Shown here: piece by piece, positions 21,106-32,904 of the stretch
How positions within the stretch are numbered: the first letter of the stretch is position 1
Layout of the letters: each line of letters opens with the position of its first letter
Source: Verrucomicrobiota bacterium
Lineage (GTDB): Bacteria; Verrucomicrobiota; Verrucomicrobiia; Limisphaerales; UBA9464
Length of the DNA: 64,000 bases
Direction of reading: 5' to 3'
Assembly: GCA_016871615.1 (NCBI GenBank)
Contig: VHCX01000003.1
Span: 30,189 to 94,188, forward strand
Position numbers and translations under genes: made by a program
The notes under the pieces: model-generated
Seen by the model: only the letters and a program-made list of their open reading frames with translations
Told to the model about the DNA's origin: nothing
Database searches by the model: none

Positions 21106-23475
21106 ATGGGGACGAAGGCCACACCAGAGACGGCACCGGTTCCGATGCCGGAGCCGATGCCGGCGTCCGTTTCGGGGCCTTCCACCACGCCCGCTGCCGG
21201 CACCGGCGAGCCCAGCGGGCTGGATTCTCCGGTGTCGGCGGTGGCCGGGGTGGGGTCGGCGCGGGCCCGGCTGTTGGCCAAGCGGGGCATCGTCACCGTG
21301 GGCGACCTGCTGCTGGATGCGCCGCGACGGCACGAGGATCGTCGCCGGTTCAGCAAGATCCGCGAACTGCAGGAGGGGCAGAAGACGACCGTGTCGGGCA
21401 AGGTCACCGCGATGGGCAACAAGACCTTCGCCCGCACCGGCCGCAGCGTCTTCGAGGTCATCCTCGATGACGGCAGCGCGCACCTTCATTGCCGCTGGTG
21501 GAACCTGCCCCAGATGGAGCGGTTCTTCGACGTGGGCGATGAGCTGGTGGTCCATGGCAAGGTCCGCTCGATCCGGCCCAGGGCCATGGACCACCCGGAG
21601 ACCGAGACGCTCTCGTCGGTCACCCGCGAGGCCGATCCGGAGACGCTGGCCACGGGGGGCACGGCGGGCGCTGGAACCACCGGAGCCACCGATCCGTCGG
21701 AAGAGCCCAGCCTGCACGTGGGCCGCTGGGTGCCCATCTACGGGCTCACCGACGGCCTGACCCAGCGGGCGCGCCGATGGATCGCCTGGAATGCCTTGAA
21801 GGCCTTTGGCGACCGCATCCCCGAGTCGGACCCGGACTTGCTGACCGAGGCCAGCCGGTCGGGCCGCACCGCCTCCGAGGACGGCCAGCAGGAGATCCCG
21901 ATGCTGGCCCAGGCCTGGCCCTCGCGCGCGCAGGCGATTCGGGACCTGCATTTCCCGGAGAACGACACCGATGCGGAGCGCGCCCGGCAACGGCTCGCCC
22001 TCGATGAGTTCATCGCGCTCCAGTTCGCGATCCAACGCCGCCGCCTGAACCTCGAGGCCAAGGCCACCGCCCTGCCCTGCCAAGGCGACAATTCGCTCAT
22101 GCGCCCGTTCCTGGCGCGACTCGGATTCCGCCCCACCCAGGCCCAGAACCGGGTGCTGCGGGAGATCCGGGAGGACATGGGCGGCACCCTGCCCATGCGG
22201 CGGTTGCTCCAGGGCGACGTGGGCTCGGGCAAGACCTTGGTGGCGGCGGCGGCGGCCTTGATGGCGCTCGAGAGCGGGTACTCGGTCGTGGTGATGGCCC
22301 CCACCGAGATCCTGGCCCAGCAACTCCACGCGAATTTCCGCCGATGGCTCGAGCCGCTGCAGGTTCCCGTGCACCTCTGGACCGCCAGCGTGAAGTCGCG
22401 CTCCGGGGCAGGCACGGATCCGGGCACGGTCCCCGGGCTGGAGTTTGGGTTCCGCGACGTGGGCCTGACCGTGGGCACGCACGCCCTCATCGAGGCGGGT
22501 TTCCTGCCCGAGCGGCTGGGCCTGGTCATCATCGATGAGCAGCACCGCTTCGGCGTGGCCCAGCGGGAGCGCCTGCTGCGCAAGGGACGCTATCCGCACC
22601 TGCTGGTGATGACCGCCACGCCCATCCCCCGCACGCTGGGCCTGACCCTGTACGGCGACCTCGACCTGAGCGTGATCGACGAGAAGCCGCCGGGACGCGG
22701 CAAGATCCGGACCCACCTCCGCTCGCCCGAGGCGCTGCCCAAGGTCTGGGCCTTCCTCCGCCAGGAGATGGATCGCGGGCATCAGGCCTACATCGTCTAT
22801 CCGCGCATCCTCGACACCGGGGAGGAGGACGCCAAATCGGTGGAGGCCGAATTCCCGCGCATCAGCAACGCCTTGGAACCCCACCCGATCGGCAAACTCC
22901 ACGGCCGCATGCCAGCGGAGGAGAAGGAACGCGTGCTCTCGGAATTCCGGGCCGGCCGGATCCACGCCCTGGTCGCCACCTCCGTCATCGAGGTGGGCAT
23001 CGACGTGCCGCAGGCCACGCTCATGCTCATCGAGAATGCCCAGCAGTTCGGGTTGGCCCAACTGCACCAGTTGCGCGGACGCATCGGCCGGGGAGCCGAC
23101 GAGAGCCACTGCATCCTCGTGAGTGGCAAGGCGGCCACCACCGCCAAGACCGCCCCTGCGCCGGTGACGGAGGATCCGCGGCTGAAGGCCTTCGCCGAGA
23201 TCGAGGACGGGTTCGAATTGGCGGAACTCGACTTCAAGCTTCGGGGTGCGGGCGAACTGACCGGCCTGGCCCAGAGCGGTTCCAATCACCTGCGCTTTGG
23301 CAGCCTCATCGAGGACCGGCCGCTGGTGGAGTTCGCCCGGCGGCTGGTGCGCGATCACCTGCGTCGGCCGGGCAGGTCTTCCGGGAACGACATCGGCCCG
23401 GGGGCATCCCCCGCCGGGCCCAAGGGCCTTCCTGTCCCGCATTCTGCGGCTGACCCGGGCGGCGATCCCGGATAG
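21106..23475 (+). CDS. recG: ATP-dependent DNA helicase RecG
   Basis: OB/wedge region (VSGKV...FEVILDDGS..LHCRWWN), helicase motif I GDVGSGKT, motif II IIDEQHRFG, motif VI HQLRGRIGRG, and the TRG-type C-terminus. Confidence 0.92.
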   Translation: MGTKATPETAPVPMPEPMPASVSGPSTTPAAGTGEPSGLDSPVSAVAGVGSARARLLAKRGIVTVGDLLLDAPRRHEDRRRFSKIRELQEGQKTTVSGKVTAMGNKTFARTGRSVFEVILDDGSAHLHCRWWNLPQMERFFDVGDELVVHGKVRSIRPRAMDHPETETLSSVTREADPETLATGGTAGAGTTGATDPSEEPSLHVGRWVPIYGLTDGLTQRARRWIAWNALKAFGDRIPESDPDLLTEASRSGRTASEDGQQEIPMLAQAWPSRAQAIRDLHFPENDTDAERARQRLALDEFIALQFAIQRRRLNLEAKATALPCQGDNSLMRPFLARLGFRPTQAQNRVLREIREDMGGTLPMRRLLQGDVGSGKTLVAAAAALMALESGYSVVVMAPTEILAQQLHANFRRWLEPLQVPVHLWTASVKSRSGAGTDPGTVPGLEFGFRDVGLTVGTHALIEAGFLPERLGLVIIDEQHRFGVAQRERLLRKGRYPHLLVMTATPIPRTLGLTLYGDLDLSVIDEKPPGRGKIRTHLRSPEALPKVWAFLRQEMDRGHQAYIVYPRILDTGEEDAKSVEAEFPRISNALEPHPIGKLHGRMPAEEKERVLSEFRAGRIHALVATSVIEVGIDVPQATLMLIENAQQFGLAQLHQLRGRIGRGADESHCILVSGKAATTAKTAPAPVTEDPRLKAFAEIEDGFELAELDFKLRGAGELTGLAQSGSNHLRFGSLIEDRPLVEFARRLVRDHLRRPGRSSGNDIGPGASPAGPKGLPVPHSAADPGGDPG

Positions 23476-23488
23476 CCTCCTGCCCAAG

Positions 23489-24169
23489 TTGGAGTCCTCC
23501 CACAGTCAGCGTGTCCACGAGGACCCTTGGCGGGTCTTCAAGATCATGGCGGAGTTCGTCGAGTCGTTCGACACCCTCTCGCGCCTGCCGCCGGCGGTGA
23601 CCTTCTTCGTGTCGGCCCGCAGCCGTCCGGAAGATCCGTGCTACGTCATGGCCGAGGCCATCGCCGCCGGGCTGGCCAAGGAACGTTTCGCCGTCATCAC
23701 GGGCGGTGGACCGGGCGTGATGGAGGCCGCCAACAAGGGGGCTGCGCAGGCCGGCGTTATCAGCGTGGGTCTCAACATCGTTCTGCCCAAAGAACAGAAG
23801 CCCAACCCCTATTCCAACGTCGCCATCCACTTCCACTACTTCTTCATCCGCAAGGTGGCCCTCGTGAAATACAGCGTGGCCTTCGTCTTCATGCCGGGCG
23901 GCTTCGGCACCATCGACGAACTCTTCGAGATCGCCACGCTCCTGCAGACGCGGCGGATCCCCTGGTTTCCCCTGATCCTCGTCTGCCGCGACGACTGGAA
24001 GGGGCTCTTCGATTGGCTGAAGACCACCCTGGAGGCCCGTGGCACGATCTCCCCGGGCGACCTCGACCTGCTGAAGATGGCCGACACGCCGGAGGAGGTG
24101 CTGGGCATCATCACCGAGTACCGGGAAATGGTGGGCATCCCGGAATCCGTCCCGGAGGTGTTCCGCTGA
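23489..24169 (+). CDS. LOG-family / TIGR00730 Rossmann-fold nucleotide-binding protein
   Basis: ITGGGPGVMEAANKGA and PGGFGTIDELFE (PGGxGTxxE). The conserved DPWRVFKIMAEFVESF lies upstream of the first ATG (23546), so I favour the TTG start at 23489. The exact start is uncertain. Confidence 0.8.
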   Translation: MESSHSQRVHEDPWRVFKIMAEFVESFDTLSRLPPAVTFFVSARSRPEDPCYVMAEAIAAGLAKERFAVITGGGPGVMEAANKGAAQAGVISVGLNIVLPKEQKPNPYSNVAIHFHYFFIRKVALVKYSVAFVFMPGGFGTIDELFEIATLLQTRRIPWFPLILVCRDDWKGLFDWLKTTLEARGTISPGDLDLLKMADTPEEVLGIITEYREMVGIPESVPEVFR

Positions 24170-24245
24170 TCCAGCCCGAGTTCTCACCCGGTTGTCACCC
24201 ACCAGGCACCGGTTCGACACCTTCCAACTCCGACATCATCCCACC

Positions 24246-24872
24246 ATGATCTCACTCCAACGACTGGTCGGCGGCGGCGACATCTTCTTCGACCTGCTCG
24301 AACAGAGCGCCGATGAGGCCCACGAAAGCGTCCGGATCTTCGTCAAGAACCTCGCCTCACCCGACCCGGCCGCGCTCGACCAGTTCGCGGTCGTTCGCCG
24401 GAAGGAGAAGCGCATCACCGAGGAGATCAGCCAGCGGCTCACCCAGACCTTCGTCACCCCGCTCGAGCGCGAGGACATCGACGCGCTGGCGCAGGCCCTC
24501 TACAAGATCACGAAGACGCTCGAGAAGTTCGCCGAGCGCTACCAGGTCAGCCCGCCCCCTCTGCCAAGGGACCGTTTCCACCGCCAGGCCGAACTGCTCC
24601 AGCAATCGATGGAAACGCTGCAGGCGATGGTGCGGGAACTGCGCTCGTCGCCTGATCTCGGCAGGATCAAGGACCAGAACCTGAAGTTGCAGTACCTCGA
24701 GGGACAGGCGGACAACCTCATGGTCGAGCGCCTGAAGGATCTTTACCACACGCCTCATGGGGCGGTGAGTGTGGTGGCCCTCAAGGATCTTTACGACCTG
24801 CTGGAGAAGGTCATCCACCGTTGCCGCGACGCCGGGAACATCGTCGTCCAAATCGTCCTCAAGAACTCCTGA
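24246..24872 (+). CDS. DUF47 / TIGR00153-family (PhoU-like) protein
   Basis: From ATG 24246: FFDLLEQSADEAHESV...EKRITEEISQRL...TPLEREDIDALAQALYKI...LKDLYDLLEKVIHRCRDAGNIV is the typical DUF47 helical pattern. Confidence 0.8.
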   Translation: MISLQRLVGGGDIFFDLLEQSADEAHESVRIFVKNLASPDPAALDQFAVVRRKEKRITEEISQRLTQTFVTPLEREDIDALAQALYKITKTLEKFAERYQVSPPPLPRDRFHRQAELLQQSMETLQAMVRELRSSPDLGRIKDQNLKLQYLEGQADNLMVERLKDLYHTPHGAVSVVALKDLYDLLEKVIHRCRDAGNIVVQIVLKNS

Positions 24873-24977
24873 GGCTTGGGCCCCGGAGAGATCCCGGAGA
24901 GATCCCGAAGGTCGGTCTGAAGGTCGTCGTGAGGGAGGTCACAGGCCCCGTCCCGGCTTGACCGAACCCCACCCGCC

Positions 24978-26963
<1,986 letters not shown>

Positions 26964-27107
26964 GGGTGACAACGCAGCAAAGCCGGGACTCTAGAAACGA
27001 GCGGGGTGGATTCAAGCGACAGGTTTCAAAAAATGCGGGCAGCAGGCACGGGGTGGGTCGGGCTTGGACTTGGGCCCGGGGCGGTTTCGCGGCATGATGT
27101 CCGCAAC

Positions 27108-27665
27108 ATGCGACTGCTGATCGCCATCACCGGGGCCAGCGGGACGATCTACGCCCAGCGCCTGCTGGACCAGTTGGACGCCCGCGAGCACGAGGTCCAT
27201 GTCATGCTCAGCCAGTACGCCCCGCAGGTCATCGACGCCGAGCAGCCCGGGGGCCTCCGCCTGGGCGACGGGGTGCAGGTGCACAACCACCGCTCGATGA
27301 ACCTTCCCTTCGCCAGCGGGTCCAACCCGCCGGACGCCATGGTGGTGATCCCGTGCAGCATGGGCACCCTGGGCCGGATCGCCCACGGGCTGAGCTCCGA
27401 CTCGATACTCCGGTGCGCGGACGTGATGCTCAAGGAACGCCGCCGACTCATCCTCGTGCCTCGCGAGACGCCGATCTCGCTGGTGCACGTGAGGAACTTC
27501 GAGCTGCTCATCCAGGCCGGCGCCCAGCTGATCCCGGCCAATCCGCACTTCTACAACCGACCCACCACGGTCGAGGCCGTCGCCGACACGGTGGTGGCCA
27601 GGGTGCTGGACCATCTCGGGGTGGCCCACCGGCTCACCGTGCGATGGCAGGAGGAACCCGAATAG
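27108..27665 (+). CDS. ubiX: UbiX-family flavin prenyltransferase
   Basis: From ATG 27108: MRLLIAITGASG, VIPCSMGTLGRIAHG, LVPRETP. Confidence 0.92.
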   Translation: MRLLIAITGASGTIYAQRLLDQLDAREHEVHVMLSQYAPQVIDAEQPGGLRLGDGVQVHNHRSMNLPFASGSNPPDAMVVIPCSMGTLGRIAHGLSSDSILRCADVMLKERRRLILVPRETPISLVHVRNFELLIQAGAQLIPANPHFYNRPTTVEAVADTVVARVLDHLGVAHRLTVRWQEEPE

Positions 27666-27718
27666 CCGCTCGAAATCGCCCCCTCACGTCCCGTCGCCCT
27701 GCCCCTCCCCGGATCCCG

Positions 27719-28663
27719 ATGATCTCCCTGCTCTCCAAGTGGGCTTCCTTCGTGAAGTTCAGCCACACCGTGTTCGCGCTGCCCTTCGCGCTCGCGTCCA
27801 TGATGCTCGCGGCCCGCGACCAACGCGGCTGGCCGGGCTGGCGCGTCTTCCTGCTGGTGCTGGCGGCGATGGTGGGCGGACGCACCTGCGCCATGGCCTT
27901 CAACCGCATCGTGGACCGGCGCTTCGACGCGCTCAACCCGCGGACCGCCGGTCGGCACCTGCCGGCCGGGGCCATCTCGATGGCCAGCGCCGTGGCCCTG
28001 TGCCTGCTCAGCGGGGCGGTGCTGGTGGGGGCCAGTTGGGCCCTCAACCCGCTGTGCTTCGCCCTGTCGCCGGTGGCGCTGTTCCTCATCTGCTTCTACT
28101 CGCTGACCAAGCGGTTCACCGACTTCACCCATGTGTGGCTGGGGCTGGCCCTGGCCATCGCCCCGGTGGGCGCCTGGCTGGCGGTCAAGGGCGGCGTCGA
28201 CTTCGCGCCGGTGATCGACGGCAAGACCCGCCTGAGCCACGGCGCCCTGGTGCCCCTGGCGATGGCCGCGTCGGTGCTGCTGTGGCTCTTCGGCTTCGAC
28301 ATCATCTACGCCACGCAGGACTACGAGTTCGACCGCCGGCAGGGGCTGCATTCGCTGGTGGTGCGCTGGGGGCCCAAGAATGCGCTGGGCGTGGCCTTCA
28401 TTGCGCACCTGTTGCTGTGGATCCTCCTGGCCGTCTTCGGCGCGCTGGCGGCCTTCCGGCTGGCCTACTGGCTGGGCCTGGTGGTGATCGGCGTCCTGCT
28501 GCTGGCCGAGCACCTGCTGGCGCGGCGTCGGGACACCCATTCGGTGAACGTCGCCTTCTTCAAGCTCAACGGCACCATCAGCACCCTTTTCCTCGGGCTC
28601 GTCGCCGTGGAGGTGGTGTTCCCCTGGTTCCGCCTCCAGTGGGCCGAGAGCCTCTTCCGGTGA
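27719..28663 (+). CDS. UbiA-family aromatic prenyltransferase (4-hydroxybenzoate polyprenyltransferase/MqnP-like)
   Basis: From ATG 27719: multiple TM helices, first Asp-rich motif NRIVDRRFD, second motif YATQDYEFD. Confidence 0.88.
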   Translation: MISLLSKWASFVKFSHTVFALPFALASMMLAARDQRGWPGWRVFLLVLAAMVGGRTCAMAFNRIVDRRFDALNPRTAGRHLPAGAISMASAVALCLLSGAVLVGASWALNPLCFALSPVALFLICFYSLTKRFTDFTHVWLGLALAIAPVGAWLAVKGGVDFAPVIDGKTRLSHGALVPLAMAASVLLWLFGFDIIYATQDYEFDRRQGLHSLVVRWGPKNALGVAFIAHLLLWILLAVFGALAAFRLAYWLGLVVIGVLLLAEHLLARRRDTHSVNVAFFKLNGTISTLFLGLVAVEVVFPWFRLQWAESLFR

Positions 28664-28698
28664 TCGCCCCGAGCCGCCCCGCCCTTTCGCTGAATCGT

Positions 28699-30663
28699 CT
28701 ACCGGACCGACGGGTCCCCGAGCAGGTGCTCCCGGAGGAACTGCACCGTGGCCAGGAACTGGAAGTCGGCATTGGGCTTCTTGGCGAACCCGTGCCCCTC
28801 GTCCTTGGCCATCAGGTAGGCGCAGGTCTGCCCGTTGGCCCGGACGGCCTGGACCATCTGCTCGGACTCGCCCAGCGGCACGCGGGGATCGTTCCTGCCC
28901 TGCACGACCATGAGCGGCACCCGGATGCGATGGGCCTGGTTGAGCGGCGAGATCTTCTCGAGGTGCGCCCGCATGGCCGGATCCCGTTCGTCGCCGTACT
29001 CCACGCGCCGCAGGTCGCGGCGGTAGTCCTGGGTGTTGGTGAGGAAGGTGACGAAGTTGGAGATGCCCACGATGTCCACGCCGCAGCGCAGGCGGTCGCT
29101 GTAGTGGACCAGGGACGCCAGCGTCATGTACCCGCCATAGCTGCCGCCCATCACCGCCACGCGGCCCGCGTCGAGGCCGGCATCCGCACGGACCCAGTCG
29201 AGGAAGGCGCCGATGTCCTTGACCGAGTCCTCGCGCCGAAACCCGTCGTCGAGGGTCAGGAACCGCTTCCCATAGCCGGCCGAGCCCCGGACGTTGGGCA
29301 CCAGCAGGGCGACCCCCGATTCGTTCAGCAGGTGGTTGTACCGGGCCATGAAGCCGGGGCGCGACTGCGACTCCGGCCCGCCATGTATGATCATCACCAC
29401 GGGCCGCCGCCCCGGGAACCGGGAGGGATCGGGCCGGTAGACGAAGGCGCTGACCTCGAGCCGGTCGAAGCTGGACACCGTGACCAGCTCGGGCTCGCGG
29501 AACTCCGAGGCGGGCAGGCCTCCGGTCTCGCTCTCGGTCCAGCGGGTCAACCGTCCGGACCGGACATCGACCGAATAGGCGTCGGACGGGGAACGAGCGT
29601 GGGAGAGGCTGAAGCCGAGGTCCTTGCCGTTCGGATGCCACTCGAGCCCGGTCAGCACCCCGTCGGGCAGGCCCGACACCGGGCGGATCTTGCCCGATCC
29701 CAGCGCCAGCAAGAACAGGCGGCTCACCCCGTTCTCGTTGGTCACGAAGGCCACCCGGTCGCCGTCCGGGGACACCTCGAAGGCCTCGACGTCCCACGCC
29801 CGCCCCCCGGGGGCGCGGCCGCGCGCCCCGTCGTCGACCAGCCGGGTGTGCCGGCCGCTGGCCACGTCGATGCGCACCAGGTGCAGGAACTCCGAATCAA
29901 GGTCCGTCGTGGCGATCACGCTGCGCCCATCCCGTGACAGGCGGGCCGAGGCATGGGACACCGGACGTCCGTGGTCCGGGGTCAGGCGGATCGCCTTCCG
30001 TTGGGTGACGTCCAGCAGGTGCAGCTCGCTGTCGGTGATGGAACGGCGGTTCTGCAGGAGCACCCGCGACCCGGTGTCGTCGACGTCGAGCACCGCCCAC
30101 CCACCGCCGGAGACCTCAAGCAACCGCTCGGCAGACTCCGGACGACGCGGATCCATGCGCCAGACATCGGTGTCGCGGCCGTTGCGGCGGGTCGAGTTGT
30201 GGAAGAGCCAGCGACCGTCGCGCGAGAACCGCGCGTTGCCGTTGCGGCTCCGGCCGTCGGTCAGCAGGGAGGTCCGGCCGTCGGCGAGGTCGAGCCGCAG
30301 CAACTGGTAGAACTCACCGCCGCCGACATCCTGGCTGTAGACCAGGAAGCGGCCCTCCCGGGGCTCGTATTGCCCGCCCGCCACGGGCTCCCTCGAGAAC
30401 GTCATCTGGCGTCGGGCACCGCCGGGCTGGGCGACCCCGTGGAGCTGGAGCGTGTCCGAGAACCGCGTGCCGATGAGCATCTCGCGACGGACCGGATGCC
30501 AGCCGTGGAAGACGGCCGTGCGGAACTCCAGGTAGCGCGAGACGTCGCGCTGCAGCGTCGCAGGGATGGGCGGGATGCCCTCGACCACGAGGTTTTCGGG
30601 CACCTGGGCCAGCAGGGCGGCGCTCATGACGGCGGAACCGAGGACGGAGACCACTCTCGACAT
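28699..30663 (-). CDS. S9-family serine peptidase (prolyl oligopeptidase/dipeptidyl-aminopeptidase type) with an N-terminal beta-propeller
   Basis: From ATG 30663: signal peptide MSRVVSVLGSAVMSAALLAQV, propeller repeats (FSRDGRWL, LSRDGRSV, VSPDGDRVAF), nucleophile elbow GGSYGG, QGRNDPRVP and EGHGF. The 540-aa upstream part of the track ORF overlaps rny and was rejected. Confidence 0.88.
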   Translation of the reverse strand: MSRVVSVLGSAVMSAALLAQVPENLVVEGIPPIPATLQRDVSRYLEFRTAVFHGWHPVRREMLIGTRFSDTLQLHGVAQPGGARRQMTFSREPVAGGQYEPREGRFLVYSQDVGGGEFYQLLRLDLADGRTSLLTDGRSRNGNARFSRDGRWLFHNSTRRNGRDTDVWRMDPRRPESAERLLEVSGGGWAVLDVDDTGSRVLLQNRRSITDSELHLLDVTQRKAIRLTPDHGRPVSHASARLSRDGRSVIATTDLDSEFLHLVRIDVASGRHTRLVDDGARGRAPGGRAWDVEAFEVSPDGDRVAFVTNENGVSRLFLLALGSGKIRPVSGLPDGVLTGLEWHPNGKDLGFSLSHARSPSDAYSVDVRSGRLTRWTESETGGLPASEFREPELVTVSSFDRLEVSAFVYRPDPSRFPGRRPVVMIIHGGPESQSRPGFMARYNHLLNESGVALLVPNVRGSAGYGKRFLTLDDGFRREDSVKDIGAFLDWVRADAGLDAGRVAVMGGSYGGYMTLASLVHYSDRLRCGVDIVGISNFVTFLTNTQDYRRDLRRVEYGDERDPAMRAHLEKISPLNQAHRIRVPLMVVQGRNDPRVPLGESEQMVQAVRANGQTCAYLMAKDEGHGFAKKPNADFQFLATVQFLREHLLGDPSVR

Positions 30664-30737
30664 GCCCGGAGACCAGCACAGTCGCACCGGATTGGAAGCG
30701 CGTTTTCGGGGACCAGGCCCGAGGGGACCGACGGGGC

Positions 30738-32297
30738 TCACTTGGCGAACTCGACGCATCGGGTCTCCCGGACCACGGTGATGCGGATCTGACCCGGGTA
30801 GAGCAGCTGCTCCTCGATGCGGCGCGCCAGTTCCCGGGCCATGCGCACCGAGGCGTGGTCGTCCACCTGGTCGGGCTTGACCACCACCCGCAACTCGCGG
30901 CCCGCCTGGATGGCGAAGGCCCTCTCGACGCCGGCGAACTCGAAGGCGATGCGCTCGAGGTTTTCCAGACGCTGCAGGTAGGTGGTCATGCCCTCGCTGC
31001 GGGAGCCGGGCCGGGTGGCGCTGATCGCGTCGGCGGCGGCCACGAGGATGGCGAGGCAGTTCTCCTGCGGCACCTCCTCGTGGTGCGAGGCCACCGCGTT
31101 GAGGATCGCCTCGGATTCGTTGAAGCGCCGGAGGAACTCGGCGCCCACCTTGGCGTGCGGCCCCTCGACCTCGTGCGAGAGGGCCTTGCCGATGTCGTGC
31201 AGGAGGCCCGACCGGCGCGCGGCCAGCACGTCCTCGCCCAATTCGGCGGCCATGAGCCCGCAGAGGTGCGCCACCTCCAGCGAATGCTCGAGCACGTTCT
31301 GCGAGTAGCTGTGCCGGAAATGAAGGCGGCCGAGCATTCGGGCGACGTCGGGATGCACGGGAGGCTGCCCGGCCCGGTACGCGGCATCCTCGCCCTTGCG
31401 CAGGATGAAGTCGTCCATCTCGACCGTGACCGCCGCGACCACCTCCTCGATGCGCGTCGGGTGGATCCGGCCGTCGAGGATGAGCCGTTCCATCGACTGC
31501 CTGGCCACCTCGCGCCGCACCGGATCGAAGCCGGAAAGCACCACCGCGTTGGGCGTGTCGTCGACCAGCACCGTGATGCCCGTGGCGCTCTCGAAGGAGC
31601 GGATGTTGCGGCCGTCGCGGCCGATGATCCGGCCCTTCATCTCCTCGCTGGGCAAGGCCACCGTGGCGGTGCTCGTCTCGTAGGTGTGCTTGCCGGCGTA
31701 GCGCTGGATGGCCGTCGCAAGGATGCGCCGCGCCTGCTCCTCGGCCCCGGACCGGGCGTTCTCGAGGATGTGCCGGCTCAGGCTGGCCGCATCGCGTGAG
31801 GATTCCTGCTCGACCTCCTTGAGCAGCAGGGTGCGCGCCTCGAGCGCACTGAGGCCGGAGAGCGACTCGAGCTGGCTGCGGCGCTCCTCGGACAGGCGGC
31901 GGACCTCGAGGCGTTCCTGGTCCATCTGGCCCCGGGCCACGTCGAGGGACTCGCCCCGTCGGCGGACCTCCTCCTGCTGCTCGACCAGGCGCTCCATCTG
32001 GCGGCCCACGGAGGCCTCTCGCTCGGAGAGCCGGTCCTCGGCGGCGGAGAAGCGGGTGCGCTCGGACTCCAGCTCCCGGTCCTGGTCGTCCCGCCAGCGC
32101 TGGAGGTCCTGCTGGGCGGCCAGGCGCACCTCGGCCTTGAGGGTCTCGGACTCGCTCCGGGCCTGATCGGCCCGCTCCCGTTCGCGGATCGCCAACTCGG
32201 CCCGGAGGGCGCGTTCCCGGAACCGGTGGATGACATAGGAGACTCCGGCGCCCGCAAGCACCCCGCCCACCGCGAACAACCAAGATTCAGTGGCCAT
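30738..32297 (-). CDS. rny: Ribonuclease Y
   Basis: N-terminal TM, long coiled coil, KH domain (MKGRIIGRDGRNIRSFE), HD domain (HSLEVAHL..LLHDIGK) and the C-terminal YPGQIRITVVRE. Confidence 0.93.
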   Translation of the reverse strand: MATESWLFAVGGVLAGAGVSYVIHRFRERALRAELAIRERERADQARSESETLKAEVRLAAQQDLQRWRDDQDRELESERTRFSAAEDRLSEREASVGRQMERLVEQQEEVRRRGESLDVARGQMDQERLEVRRLSEERRSQLESLSGLSALEARTLLLKEVEQESSRDAASLSRHILENARSGAEEQARRILATAIQRYAGKHTYETSTATVALPSEEMKGRIIGRDGRNIRSFESATGITVLVDDTPNAVVLSGFDPVRREVARQSMERLILDGRIHPTRIEEVVAAVTVEMDDFILRKGEDAAYRAGQPPVHPDVARMLGRLHFRHSYSQNVLEHSLEVAHLCGLMAAELGEDVLAARRSGLLHDIGKALSHEVEGPHAKVGAEFLRRFNESEAILNAVASHHEEVPQENCLAILVAAADAISATRPGSRSEGMTTYLQRLENLERIAFEFAGVERAFAIQAGRELRVVVKPDQVDDHASVRMARELARRIEEQLLYPGQIRITVVRETRCVEFAK

Positions 32298-32300
32298 GCG

Positions 32301-32900
32301 TCATGTGGCGCCCGAGGGCGCGAACCGGAAACCCGACGGGGTGATCACGCCATGCAATCCGGCGTCATGCCCCTCCCGGGGGAGCTGGGGCAGCACCTGG
32401 AAGTCGAACGCGACCCCGAAGCACCTGCCACGGAAGGACTCCAGCAACCGGTCGTAGAAACCCGAGCCACGCCCCAGCCGGACTCCATCCACGTCGAAGG
32501 CTAACCCGGGGATGAAGGCCAAGTCCAGCCGCCCGGTGGGCACCTCCGGACAGCGGGGCGACGGCTCCGGAATGCCAAATCGGCCAGGCACAAGATCCGA
32601 TGGGCCATCGACCCGCCGCCAGCGGTAGGCCCGGAGCGCCTCGTCATGCGAGGGCAGGACGACCACCCTGCCCTCCGCCCAGGCCCGCCCGGCCAGCGCC
32701 CAGAGGTCGGGTTCGTCGGTCCGCGGATGGTACAGGGCCAGAGTGCGGCAGGCGGACCATTCCGGAAGGCCTAGGCAGTGTCGGCGGATGCCTTCGGACG
32801 CGTCGTCCCGGTCGGCCGGTGACAATCCCGACAATCTCCGGCGCATCTCCTCCCGCAGCGCCTTCTTGGCCACCTGGGGATCGTCGTCCGGCCCGGTCAT
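32301..32900 (-). CDS. 5-formyltetrahydrofolate cyclo-ligase
   Basis: From ATG 32900: KKALREEMRRR...IPGLAFDVDGVRLGRGSGFYDR is the signature of the MTHFS family. Confidence 0.85.
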   Translation of the reverse strand: MTGPDDDPQVAKKALREEMRRRLSGLSPADRDDASEGIRRHCLGLPEWSACRTLALYHPRTDEPDLWALAGRAWAEGRVVVLPSHDEALRAYRWRRVDGPSDLVPGRFGIPEPSPRCPEVPTGRLDLAFIPGLAFDVDGVRLGRGSGFYDRLLESFRGRCFGVAFDFQVLPQLPREGHDAGLHGVITPSGFRFAPSGAT

Positions 32901-32904
32901 GCCG

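Noticed and set aside
20989-23487. 832-aa minus-strand ORF
   Set aside because: It is antisense to recG, which has helicase motifs I, II and VI. No motifs of its own.
24880-24905. Short tandem CCGGAGAGATC x2 after the DUF47 gene
   Set aside because: Only two short copies sit in a convergent intergenic spacer, with no accompanying structure. Likely a trivial slippage duplication.
27551-29797. 748-aa minus-strand ORF and 732-aa plus-strand ORF at 27739-29937
   Set aside because: They overlap the ubiA-like gene and the S9 peptidase gene in wrong frames or on the wrong strand. Compositions are Arg/Pro/Gly-rich.
30664-32283. N-terminal 540 aa of the 1,194-aa track ORF 28699-32283
   Set aside because: This part overlaps rny in another frame and is Arg/Gly/Pro-rich. 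The S9 peptidase has a good signal peptide starting at ATG 30663.
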